Virus genome (UHGV): UHGV-0217314
Strand: one strand, 5' to 3'
DNA from: a virus
Length of the DNA stretch: 38,395 nucleotides
Shown here: piece by piece, positions 15,726-25,458 of the stretch
Layout: each line of letters opens with the position of its first letter
Position numbering within the stretch: the first letter of the stretch is position 1
Translations under genes and position numbers: made by a program
Notes under the pieces: model-generated
What the model was told of the DNA's origin: nothing
The model's input: only the letters and a program-made list of their open reading frames with translations
The model's database searches: none

Positions 15726-18700
15726 CTAAGCAGCTTCCAACTCCTGTATTCTTATTTTTAATTGTTCCACTTCTTGCTTCAGCAATTGAACTTCACGTTC
15801 GTGATCAGAGAGTATTACGTTGTGGTACATCGTCAATCGATCATAGGCTAATCCTTCAACTTGACCTTTCTCATCGTAGAATACAACTTCTGTCATCCCT
15901 TTTTCGTGAAATTCATCAGCAATAAACCCATAGTATCGGCCTTTTACGTTCCCCGAACTCAATTCAAATTTATCAATCCATGATACTGGATTGATTTCCA
16001 AAATTTTCTTGGCATCAGCTACTATCTTATTAGCTACTTGAATATTCATTTTATACTTACGAGCAGAGGTAATCCGACCAAGGGTCCCGTAACTTGTGAC
16101 GCATACTTGCGGCCCACTTGAATAGGTTTTATTATAGATCGATTTAGACCATACACGGGCACCATTAGAGTCTGCACCAAAACTTATACCACCATATAAC
16201 GAGGAATCACCGCCACCATTTATATCTGTACGTTGTGCATTTAGAGTTATTTCTCCGGAATCACCAGCCCATAAGTCAATATATTTCGACTGCATAGCTA
16301 TTTTGTATCCAGCAGTTATCGTTGCTGTTGAAGCCATTTGCTTAATGCTTTCAGTAGCACCACTATTTACTCTTGTGGTACCGAGCCTAATAGTAGGTGC
16401 TAAATATCTGCGTCCACTAATCGTAGAATCATAAGCATAACCGCTAGCTAAGTAAACACCATGTCTCGCTATAACCCAAGCTTCCGAAAACAAACCGCCA
16501 GACTCATCTTTGTTGACGTCTGATCCAGATTGTTTTACGCCAATACCAGCACCACGGATATTCTGTTTAGTATCAGCACCGCTTTTATCCCCATAACCTA
16601 ACCATGTAGCATCAGTAAAAAAACTACTCGAGAATGGTTCTTGGTATTCTGTTGATGATAAAAGAACGGCTCTGTGTACAGATTGCCATACGCTTGTATT
16701 TGGATTAGCCATTTTCAAAGCAATTGCGGGTCTATTTCCTGACCACATGCCAGCTTGCCAGATACCATTTTCTTTATACTGACCAGAATGTGTTTCGGTT
16801 GTCAACCCACCATAAGATGCAGTCGCTTCGCCAAATGTTCCAGTATAAAACTCAATTTTACCGTTCATCAGATTATAACCTGCTGCTAAAGTGTTACCTG
16901 TATCATTTGGCGATAAATATTCACCTCTAGATGCAGTTACTCCAGTAGTAATGTTCATTTGAAAAGTATCATCTAAGTTTTTGATGATTCCCTTGTTGAA
17001 AATGACTTCACCAGTAGCAAGGTTTATAGATAAGTTAGTCCCACTGATCGTTCCCGTAGTAATACTATTTGCATTCAAATTAATAATATTAACATTTGCA
17101 GCATTTAGTGTTCCTGTAGTAATTTTAGTCGCTGATAGACTACCGATTTTTGCATCAGTAATTGCAGCATTCGCAATTTTAGCAGTTGATACAGAAAGGT
17201 CTGCAATTTGTGCATTTTTGATCACTCCGTTATCAATTGTTGTCTGACCTGTAATGTGAACTTTATTACCGGAAATCAGTATTGATTCAGTTGATACATT
17301 GATTTGGTTGATAACATCACCTTTAGACACTTTAAAATTGATCGTGTCGGACAGTTGGGTAAACTGAGCAGATGTAACATCTGTATTTGCTTCATAGATA
17401 TATAATTCTCGTAGCCTTACTGCTTTGCCGGCTTCTACCCAAATACTAAAAGCAGTGTATGTTGTGGCTTTGATAGTACCTTGAACCCATGTGAGATATC
17501 CTGCTTGAGGTGTAACCTTAATGTTTTCTCCCTCAGCTGAGCCAATTTCTACTGTTCCGCCAGAATTTCCTGTGTTCATGTATAATTTGATGTTATAGGT
17601 TTTTCCGACAGTTAAAGCAACAGGTGTAGCTCCCCAATAAACCCTTTGCTTAGTGGTTCCTGAGGAATTATCAATAACAAATCCATTTGCATCATATTGC
17701 GCAGTTATCCCATACCCTTCTACTGTAGGCTTTGGATTCTGCTTCTGGAAGTCTGGATCAGGAAATTTATTGACTAGGTCTGCAATGCTTCCTTGCATTT
17801 CGGTCACAGTCTGTCTAATGCCGTTGGCGGTAGTTTCGACCTGCGTAGCTTTTGTAAGAGCTGAATTAGCTGTTGTCTCAACGCTAGAAATCGTTGTTTT
17901 CAAACCATTGGCTGTTGTCTCGACTTGAGTTGCTTTCGTAAGAGCTGAATCGGCGGTATTCTTGACACTAGCTATGGTTTGAATAGTGCCATTTACAGTG
18001 GATTCAATTTGATTGACTTTCGAGACAGTTGCTAAATCTGCTGGTGCTGGTGACCAATCTTTGAACACTACGTTTGATTTAGTAAGCTTTGCCCATTCGA
18101 TTGAGCTAGTTACTCCTGTAACAGAACCTTCTCCCACATAAATATAAATAATATTTGTTACTGTGTTTGTGCCTTTTTTTCCTTTAAATTTAGCATAGTA
18201 GGTTCCATCTGTATCTTTAGTTAATCGTCCTACTAATGAAATGAGACCACCATCTAACCATATGCCAGCCCATGTTTTTCCTGCACCTAAAGTCATCTTT
18301 GCTCTAAATACGTAATCTTCGCCCTCAACCATCAATTCACTCATAGCAAACGTGCTAATCAAATAAGACTCATTAGAAGCTGGAACATTTGAATTCAGAA
18401 ATAGATTTCGATCGCTGGTTACCTGGTTAGCAAGGTTTGTCTCAACACTTGTCAACGTCTGCTTAACACCGTCAACGGTTGATTCCAAAACGTTCGCCTT
18501 ACTCAAGGCGCTGTTAGCAGTGTTAGTCACCGTTGCTATGGTTTGTTTTTGACCATCCACTGTGACGACTAAATCATTCAGTTTCTTCGTGGTACTTGTG
18601 GCAGTCGATTCAACATCCGTGATCCTTCCGGTTAAACCAGTGACTGAGGTTTCAAGCGTTGCCGTCCTACCTTCGACAGCATTCGCCTTATTATAGGCTT

Positions 18701-20087
18701 CGTTAGCTTTACTACTAATAGAATTAACTGCCCCATTGATCGTAGTAACATCGGAAACAAGACCATTGACATCAATCTGGATTTTATCGGCTTTAGCCTG
18801 TGCAGACTGTGCATCAGCTTTTGCTTGATCAGCGGCTTCTTTTGCTTCGTCTCCGGCTTTTTTTGCCTCATCGACTGATTCTTTTACTGCATCCGGATTG
18901 ATAAATGGTACCCAATCAAAGCCATCCCAGTAATTCATGATGGTTTGTTCACCATCTACCTGATACCAGATATCGCCTTTATTTGTAGCTGTAGGTCTAT
19001 CCGGACCTTGAAAAACCTTATTTTTCCCATCTGCGGATATCCAAGCTTGATTTGCTGTACTTATTGCATTTTCTAGACCAGCTTGAACTTCCTTACGGTA
19101 TTCATTTTCTTCATTGATATTCTTTTGGATAATATTGTCAGATCCACATGATACATCGTGATCAATAATGTTCCCTTCAGTATCATAGCTTGTGGTATAT
19201 GACATGATTCGAATTTTTTGCTCAAATCCCAAGTCTTTGTTAATTGCCATAATATAATCACCTTCATGAGGTTGATCATATTCATAACCAGCTTTCGTTA
19301 AATCTTCCATATCGATATCAACTGATATCCCATAAGAAATTTCCACATCATTTTTTAGACGATCAATAAAATTACTTTCAACTTTATACCGTTCATCAAC
19401 GATAGGATCGCCCTCAAGTTTTCCGTATAACTCAGCAAGCGGACTCAAATACTCAACTATTAATCTCCCCTTAGATTCATCATCGGGATCAAAAAAAGCA
19501 CCATATCCTCTCAAATAGGTAATGAAAGAACCCGGATCCTTTTCTATCCTAAGCTCATTCAAATTGAATCCTTTTTTTACTATTGTTGAAAGATTTGTTC
19601 CAACCTTTTCAAGAATACGGACAATTTTCCCATTTACCGAAAACTCAACACCTGTAGAAGAAATAAAATCTTTGAATAAATCAAGGCGATTCTTCATTCC
19701 AAAACTTTCTTTTTCAAAAGATGGTATGGTTACTTCTAAGCGATATTCATAACCACTACCATTGAAAATGAATTGCAGATAGGCATTAGCAGTATTTGAA
19801 CCATTCATTTCGGAATAAATTACAGATTTTCTCAAATCAAAAAAGAATTCATGAACCGCATCGAACTCAACAACAATACGATTACCTTCGTCAATAGGAT
19901 TTACATAGGTTAAACAATAATTTTCCTCTTCAAACTGTAATCGCCATCCACGACCAATACCTTCTAAAATTTCATCGTTTGTATAGATAGTACCGGATAA
20001 AGATTTTTCGCCATTCACGCCCTTTGTTTTCTGACACTCAACAATTGCAGCGTGTTGTTTACCGTATTCATCAATAAAATTAATCAC
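15726..20087 (-). CDS. Tail-associated lysin / receptor-binding protein (Tal; prophage tail endopeptidase-type N-terminus; 1453 aa)
   Basis: The N-terminal region is conserved with Tal proteins of siphophages. It follows Dit and the TMP. There are internal repeated segments and a C-terminal coiled coil. Confidence 0.75.
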   Translation of the reverse strand: MINFIDEYGKQHAAIVECQKTKGVNGEKSLSGTIYTNDEILEGIGRGWRLQFEEENYCLTYVNPIDEGNRIVVEFDAVHEFFFDLRKSVIYSEMNGSNTANAYLQFIFNGSGYEYRLEVTIPSFEKESFGMKNRLDLFKDFISSTGVEFSVNGKIVRILEKVGTNLSTIVKKGFNLNELRIEKDPGSFITYLRGYGAFFDPDDESKGRLIVEYLSPLAELYGKLEGDPIVDERYKVESNFIDRLKNDVEISYGISVDIDMEDLTKAGYEYDQPHEGDYIMAINKDLGFEQKIRIMSYTTSYDTEGNIIDHDVSCGSDNIIQKNINEENEYRKEVQAGLENAISTANQAWISADGKNKVFQGPDRPTATNKGDIWYQVDGEQTIMNYWDGFDWVPFINPDAVKESVDEAKKAGDEAKEAADQAKADAQSAQAKADKIQIDVNGLVSDVTTINGAVNSISSKANEAYNKANAVEGRTATLETSVTGLTGRITDVESTATSTTKKLNDLVVTVDGQKQTIATVTNTANSALSKANVLESTVDGVKQTLTSVETNLANQVTSDRNLFLNSNVPASNESYLISTFAMSELMVEGEDYVFRAKMTLGAGKTWAGIWLDGGLISLVGRLTKDTDGTYYAKFKGKKGTNTVTNIIYIYVGEGSVTGVTSSIEWAKLTKSNVVFKDWSPAPADLATVSKVNQIESTVNGTIQTIASVKNTADSALTKATQVETTANGLKTTISSVETTANSALTKATQVETTANGIRQTVTEMQGSIADLVNKFPDPDFQKQNPKPTVEGYGITAQYDANGFVIDNSSGTTKQRVYWGATPVALTVGKTYNIKLYMNTGNSGGTVEIGSAEGENIKVTPQAGYLTWVQGTIKATTYTAFSIWVEAGKAVRLRELYIYEANTDVTSAQFTQLSDTINFKVSKGDVINQINVSTESILISGNKVHITGQTTIDNGVIKNAQIADLSVSTAKIANAAITDAKIGSLSATKITTGTLNAANVNIINLNANSITTGTISGTNLSINLATGEVIFNKGIIKNLDDTFQMNITTGVTASRGEYLSPNDTGNTLAAGYNLMNGKIEFYTGTFGEATASYGGLTTETHSGQYKENGIWQAGMWSGNRPAIALKMANPNTSVWQSVHRAVLLSSTEYQEPFSSSFFTDATWLGYGDKSGADTKQNIRGAGIGVKQSGSDVNKDESGGLFSEAWVIARHGVYLASGYAYDSTISGRRYLAPTIRLGTTRVNSGATESIKQMASTATITAGYKIAMQSKYIDLWAGDSGEITLNAQRTDINGGGDSSLYGGISFGADSNGARVWSKSIYNKTYSSGPQVCVTSYGTLGRITSARKYKMNIQVANKIVADAKKILEINPVSWIDKFELSSGNVKGRYYGFIADEFHEKGMTEVVFYDEKGQVEGLAYDRLTMYHNVILSDHEREVQLLKQEVEQLKIRIQELEAA

Positions 20088-20099
20088 TCAATCACCTCC

Positions 20100-20939
20100 C
20101 TACTTATAGAGTTCAACGAAATTGAGTAGTTGAATTGACCCTTTAAAATTTGTTGTCAAAGCGATTTTCCCACTTGCAGATGGTGTTAAAATAAAGTGCT
20201 CGTAATTCGTTTTATCATTGACATTCAACGAATTTAGTGTTGTTTCTATCCCTTTAATCATCAATACATCACCACTTGCCATAGGTGTTACAGCATGATA
20301 GATAAATGTTCTATCCCCAACTTTTACAGTCACATCACCGTTTTGGATAGCATTCGACGTGAGCTTCATTATCCATGGCCATTCTAATTGGCTACATTTT
20401 GCAGTTCCTGCGTAATCAATAGTTGATGAAACAGTAACTGATCTTGGAATAGTCTCCCCAAATGGAAGCTCTGCCGTTCTTCCTTCAAAGGAAAATTTCA
20501 TTCTTAAACCTGCAGCCGATAATCCGACAAATGTATATGAAATTTCGTTTTCTACGATTATTTTGTATCGATACTTATACGCTTGATGTGGAATAGCAAG
20601 TAAATTTAAATCGCTTGTTTTTTGACCAGGTAATTCAAAATCATACAGTCCAGCAGTAGGGATTAATTTGGTAATATAAAAAGGCTCATCATTGCTGATA
20701 AGCCCATTTATTTGGTCCTTCTTTTCTTCTAATGCATATGCACTTTGAACAACGAAAGTTCCTGAAATAACGATTCGTTTTTCTTTGTGTACTGCCCCGG
20801 AGAATATATATCCACTTCGGTTTGTTACTTCTCTTTTATTCGTGATTATAGAAGATGAACTGTCTTGAAAGTCAGTGACAAGTAACCCAATGGAGGAAAG
20901 TTTCGTTTCAACTCCATCTTTTGTGATCAAAGCATCCAT
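20100..20939 (-). CDS. Distal tail protein (Dit)
   Basis: Size and position between the TMP and the Tal. Confidence 0.6.
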   Translation of the reverse strand: MDALITKDGVETKLSSIGLLVTDFQDSSSSIITNKREVTNRSGYIFSGAVHKEKRIVISGTFVVQSAYALEEKKDQINGLISNDEPFYITKLIPTAGLYDFELPGQKTSDLNLLAIPHQAYKYRYKIIVENEISYTFVGLSAAGLRMKFSFEGRTAELPFGETIPRSVTVSSTIDYAGTAKCSQLEWPWIMKLTSNAIQNGDVTVKVGDRTFIYHAVTPMASGDVLMIKGIETTLNSLNVNDKTNYEHFILTPSASGKIALTTNFKGSIQLLNFVELYK

Positions 20940-20951
20940 GATCTTTCCCCC

Positions 20952-23900
20952 TTAGTTAAAATAATCGTTTTTATTTTTATCACGTGCTTCTTTACGTTTA
21001 ACTGTCGTGTAAATCTTATCTCCAACAATTTCATTGTGGACATAGATTTCATCCTTTTTGAGTTCTGATTCTGCGATATCTCGATCCATTTCATCAGTCA
21101 GGGTACTGATATTTTTATTAGTGAAAGTAGTATCACCAACCATAACTGCTTCTGCTTGATACTGCTGCGCTTTGATAATGGATCCGAACTCGTTAGCTTG
21201 TTTGGCTACAAATCCAAACATTGACTGCATCCCTAGCCCAAGCCCTTTACCTAGCATTTCCCCCATCCAAGCAGTGACTCTGGAAGGTGAATGGATATCC
21301 AATGCCCTTTGAAGCGTTCTTCGTACATTAGCAGCGATACTATTTGCTACACTATAAATATATCCCGACGAACTCGAAAGCCCACTAGCAAGCCCAGAAC
21401 CAGCGTAATAACCGATACTGTTCATTTGGTATCGCAGACTTGAAAAGGCTGATACTATACGCGAAGATGCGCTTCTTGCTGTAGAAACCATCTTATTCAT
21501 TCCATTGCTAAAGGCAGAAGCCATTTGAGAAGTGCTGCTGCTAATTGAACGAGTTGCTTGGCTCATCGACTGCGTGCTTGCTTTACTTACGCTAGAAAAA
21601 CCTTTGTTAACCGTACTTGATACTCTTTGCATTGCACTTGAAGCAGTTTGCTCCATGTTCTGCATAGACTGACCCACATTACGAGCCATTGAAGTGATCT
21701 CTTTTGTCGAATTCTGATTAATTCCAGAAGTGCTACTGTTTACATTATTTTGCATCGTATTCGCAGCACTTGTAGCGTTCTGTGTTGCTGTATTCATGTT
21801 GCTAGTAACGCTAGATTGTAGACTACCTAAAGAGCTTGTTACATCACTGGCCATCGCAGAATAGTCACTAGTCGTATTAGATTTTGCATTCTTAGCGGCT
21901 TTTGTTGCATCCACCGAAGCAATGCTGCTTAAATCTGATACTGAGTTTTGCATGCTAGACATTGATTTACTAACGCTAGAGTTTGCTGTACTAAAACTGC
22001 TTGCGACTGATTGAGTAGCTGACTGTGTATCAGAATCCATTTCATCGCCTTTGGATTTTGATTTGCCGGTGATTGTATCCCACAAACTACCAAATCCATT
22101 CTTGATTCCATCCCATGCGCCTTTTAAAACTCCAGGGATAGCTTCTAGAACACCGCTCGCAAGAGATTTAACAATATCCCAACCAGCAGCTAAAATACTA
22201 GGCAACATTTGAATGATAGTTGCTACCAATGACATGATAATTTGAATACCACTTGAAATGATATTAGGTAGATTTTGTACTATACCACTAACTAAAGCTT
22301 GGATAATCTGAACCGCTGCTTGTAAGATCATTGGTAAATTTTGCACAATGAAATTACATAAGGCTTGAACGATTTGAACTGCACCGTTCAACAATTGAGG
22401 AATGTTAGCCATCAATCCATTGATTAAAGTCAAGATCGCATTCAAAGCTACTGGGAGTAACTGAGGTAACAATTGTGTTAATCCATTAATTAAACTTAAT
22501 AGAATTTGAATACCGGTCTGAATAATCTGTGGTAGATTTGAAACAATATTTCCAACAAAAGCTTCTAGAATTTGTTGCACTGAACTAACGATTTGCGGAA
22601 TGTTTTCTACAATACCGTTGATTAAGCTTAACAATAAATTCATACCCATGACAATTAGCTGAGGTAACGCGCTAGCTAAAGAAGTCAATATAGTAGTAAT
22701 GATGGTCAATGCTGAACTAATTAATGATGGTAAATTTTGTGCTACTCCTCCAACAAGTGAACCTATTATATCAACACCAGCTTGCACAATAACAGGCAAC
22801 ATTGTTGCAATCGTATTGGCCAACTTACTAATTAATTGAGTTCCGCTTGTAATTAGTTGCGGTAGCTGTGAAGTAATCCCTTTGACAAAATTTGAAATAA
22901 CTTCGGGTCCCTTTGTTGTGACCATTTTTAACAGTTGATCAATTTGATCCCCGAATTGATTGTTTACTAAACCAAGCCCTGCAACAACTAATCCTAGTAT
23001 TGCGGCTGGTCCTATAGATGCTAGTGCAACTTGCATAATCGTTGCCATCGCAGAAGTCATACCGCCCAAGGCGCCCATTCCAACCGTTGCCGCAGACGAA
23101 AGTCCACCGCCAATTTTTGGAAAAAGTCCAATTAAACCACTGACACCACCGGAAACTATTCCAAATGCTGAACTTAAAGGGCCGGATAAAATACCGGAAA
23201 ATTTAATGAACCCGCCTGTCAGCTTTGATAACATTGGTAAAGCGCCACTCAACGTCAACGCGCCACCAAGCAAAGCAACAACTGGTAAAATTCTGGAGAT
23301 AGCACTCTGCATGTTCTTCAGCGCATCACCTGACAACTTTGTCCCATTGATAAAATGATCCAAAATTGGGATCACACTGTCGATGGCTTTGTTAATCTTA
23401 TCCATGTTGAAATCGCCGATTTTATCAGTAATTTTACTGATAGCATCGATTCCGACTTGCGAAAGCTTATCAAAAGAAGGCTGTAGCTTGTTCGTCAACG
23501 TCTCACGTAACCCGTCCATAGCTTGACCGACAGTTTTATATTCTGTTGCCATTTTGCTGAATGTTTTATTTGTACCAACTTTAGTAATAGCATCAAAGAA
23601 ATCCTGTGTTTTAATCGTACCGTCTTGAACAGCCGTAACCATTTCAGACGTTGACATTCCCATTTGTTTCGCAACAGCAGCGATCCCGGCAGGTGTTTGT
23701 TCTAACATTAACTTAAAGTCTTGCCATTGAACCATTGGCTTCGCAGCCATTTGAGTAGCTTGTTGACTTAAAGTCGTCATAGCTTGTGTTGGATTTTCCG
23801 CTGCGGCTGCAAGTCCACCAAATCCCATAACTAATTTATCCGTGTTTTTAATACCAACTGCCGCCAGCTGACTATATGTCGTAGCCATTTCGGAAGCTGA

Positions 23901-24635
23901 ATAGATTGTTTGAGTTGCGAAGTCTTGTAATTCTTTTTTTACACTAGCAATTTCCTTTTTCCCCATGCCAATGTTTTCCATATTGGCATTGAACGTTTTC
24001 CACGTTGCAGATCCTTCATTGAGATCTCCAACTAATCCTGTAATAGCACCCGAGATCATTGATATTCCCTTTTGTGCTATTGCATAGGCTGCACCAATTC
24101 CAGCAACTTTTTTGATTAATCCGCTAGTGGCATCTGTTACATCATTTGTTTTAGATCCCATTTTGCTTAGTGCAGATGCTGCTTTCGTTCCAGCTTTGTT
24201 GAAAGCATTAGTTAACCCACTACCAACCTTGGTACCAATTGAGGTTGTAGTTTTCACTATCCCATTCAAGCCTTTTGCAACTAGGCTCGAAGTTTCGCTT
24301 GCAGCTTTTGAGACAACTCCAAAGCCTTTTTTTATGGGCTGAGGAATTTTTTCACCGATAGATGCGATTACTCGTTGAATTTGACCCCCTGCAGCACTAA
24401 AAGGAGCAACCATGCTTGTTTTTAATCCGTTTAATTTTGAAGGAATAGTAGAGCTTAATTGTCCCATAATACTTCCAACCCTTGAAACAATGCTATTTGT
24501 ACTATTAGTCATGCTAGACTGCACTTTACTCATTGCCGAAGTAGTGCTACTAACGACCTCTGACATTGCCTTTTTATAGTCTCCAGTATCTGCTCCAATC
24601 AAAGCCTTAATGGATCCGGTAATGCTTCCTGACAT
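20952..24635 (-). CDS. Tape measure protein
   Basis: 1227 aa with Gly/Ala/Ser-rich helical repeats and hydrophobic segments. Positioned after the tail chaperones. Confidence 0.85.
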   Translation of the reverse strand: MSGSITGSIKALIGADTGDYKKAMSEVVSSTTSAMSKVQSSMTNSTNSIVSRVGSIMGQLSSTIPSKLNGLKTSMVAPFSAAGGQIQRVIASIGEKIPQPIKKGFGVVSKAASETSSLVAKGLNGIVKTTTSIGTKVGSGLTNAFNKAGTKAASALSKMGSKTNDVTDATSGLIKKVAGIGAAYAIAQKGISMISGAITGLVGDLNEGSATWKTFNANMENIGMGKKEIASVKKELQDFATQTIYSASEMATTYSQLAAVGIKNTDKLVMGFGGLAAAAENPTQAMTTLSQQATQMAAKPMVQWQDFKLMLEQTPAGIAAVAKQMGMSTSEMVTAVQDGTIKTQDFFDAITKVGTNKTFSKMATEYKTVGQAMDGLRETLTNKLQPSFDKLSQVGIDAISKITDKIGDFNMDKINKAIDSVIPILDHFINGTKLSGDALKNMQSAISRILPVVALLGGALTLSGALPMLSKLTGGFIKFSGILSGPLSSAFGIVSGGVSGLIGLFPKIGGGLSSAATVGMGALGGMTSAMATIMQVALASIGPAAILGLVVAGLGLVNNQFGDQIDQLLKMVTTKGPEVISNFVKGITSQLPQLITSGTQLISKLANTIATMLPVIVQAGVDIIGSLVGGVAQNLPSLISSALTIITTILTSLASALPQLIVMGMNLLLSLINGIVENIPQIVSSVQQILEAFVGNIVSNLPQIIQTGIQILLSLINGLTQLLPQLLPVALNAILTLINGLMANIPQLLNGAVQIVQALCNFIVQNLPMILQAAVQIIQALVSGIVQNLPNIISSGIQIIMSLVATIIQMLPSILAAGWDIVKSLASGVLEAIPGVLKGAWDGIKNGFGSLWDTITGKSKSKGDEMDSDTQSATQSVASSFSTANSSVSKSMSSMQNSVSDLSSIASVDATKAAKNAKSNTTSDYSAMASDVTSSLGSLQSSVTSNMNTATQNATSAANTMQNNVNSSTSGINQNSTKEITSMARNVGQSMQNMEQTASSAMQRVSSTVNKGFSSVSKASTQSMSQATRSISSSTSQMASAFSNGMNKMVSTARSASSRIVSAFSSLRYQMNSIGYYAGSGLASGLSSSSGYIYSVANSIAANVRRTLQRALDIHSPSRVTAWMGEMLGKGLGLGMQSMFGFVAKQANEFGSIIKAQQYQAEAVMVGDTTFTNKNISTLTDEMDRDIAESELKKDEIYVHNEIVGDKIYTTVKRKEARDKNKNDYFN

Positions 24636-24640
24636 CTATC

Positions 24641-24916
24641 TCACCTCCTATTTCTAAAGTGTTCCAAAGCTTTCAAAGCTTTATCCAAGCGCTTGTTACC
24701 TTTTTTCGTTTGTTTAGCATTTCGATCAAATGCTTTCTTAATTCGATTTTCTGCTGATTTTTTATTAATAATTTTTTTCATTTGTGGCTTTTTAGCATTT
24801 AAGATATAGCGCAAATTAAATCCAAAAATAGCATTTTGTTCCTGTTTGTCTAATTCACGCAAACTCAAGCCTTCAAGAATTGCTTCGAGTTCCCATAAGT
24901 AACAATTCATAATCAA
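24641..24916 (-). CDS. Tail assembly chaperone, frameshift extension (gpT-like). Expressed as a G-T fusion through a -1 frameshift.
   Basis: The frame stays open upstream in the -1 frame relative to the G ORF, across the G stop and back to about 25125. Confidence 0.5.
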   Translation of the reverse strand: MIMNCYLWELEAILEGLSLRELDKQEQNAIFGFNLRYILNAKKPQMKKIINKKSAENRIKKAFDRNAKQTKKGNKRLDKALKALEHFRNRR

Positions 24917-24951
24917 ATCAATATCAGTTAAACCATACCTTGCACAGTTGA

Positions 24952-25425
24952 CTATGAGATCTCTTTCGTGATTCTTTCCGCTAATTTCTTCAACTCGTCC
25001 GCTTGAAGCTTCGACTCTTCCGTTTCTCGAGCCGCTATAACTTTGTGAGCTTTCTCCAGATTCTCCTTGTATTTGCGGATCTTGCTCACGAAAAAACCTG
25101 ATGCTAACATTTCTTCTTTCAGATCAGCAAAAATTTGATTATAGGCTTCCTCTTCACCCATTCCGCTATTAACAAGATTGTCTGTATAATTTTGTACAGC
25201 TTCTAAAACATCATTTTCGGTAAAATTCTTATCGACAAGTTGTAACAAGTTGACTAAAGCATCATCTTCTTTCTCTAGAACTTGAACAAAAAGAATCCCG
25301 GCACCATCGTTTTGAGAATTTCCATCCGCATCTTTAGTTCCCAATTTTTTATTGGCTTTAAAATTTAAAGCGTAGTTGAATTTGATATTGCAATCTTTGT
25401 TTTTTACTTTGATATCAAAAGACAT
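24952..25425 (-). CDS. Tail assembly chaperone (gpG-like)
   Basis: N-terminal MSFDIKVKNKDCNIKFNYALNFKANKKLG is typical of tail assembly chaperones. Positioned upstream of the TMP. Confidence 0.65.
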   Translation of the reverse strand: MSFDIKVKNKDCNIKFNYALNFKANKKLGTKDADGNSQNDGAGILFVQVLEKEDDALVNLLQLVDKNFTENDVLEAVQNYTDNLVNSGMGEEEAYNQIFADLKEEMLASGFFVSKIRKYKENLEKAHKVIAARETEESKLQADELKKLAERITKEIS

Positions 25426-25458
25426 TTAACCATTCCTCCTAAATAAAAAAGAGCCAGT

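Noticed and set aside
16724-17928. Plus-strand ORFs (16724..16930, 16981..17247, 17653..17928) inside the Tal gene
   Set aside because: Antisense to a 1453-aa ORF that has clear Tal N-terminal homology. Hydrophobic, low-complexity translations.
21929-23358. ORFs nested in or antisense to the tape measure gene (21929..22111, 22960..23358, 24112..24342)
   Set aside because: Reverse or alternate frames of the Ala/Gly/Ser-rich TMP coding sequence. Not independently supported.
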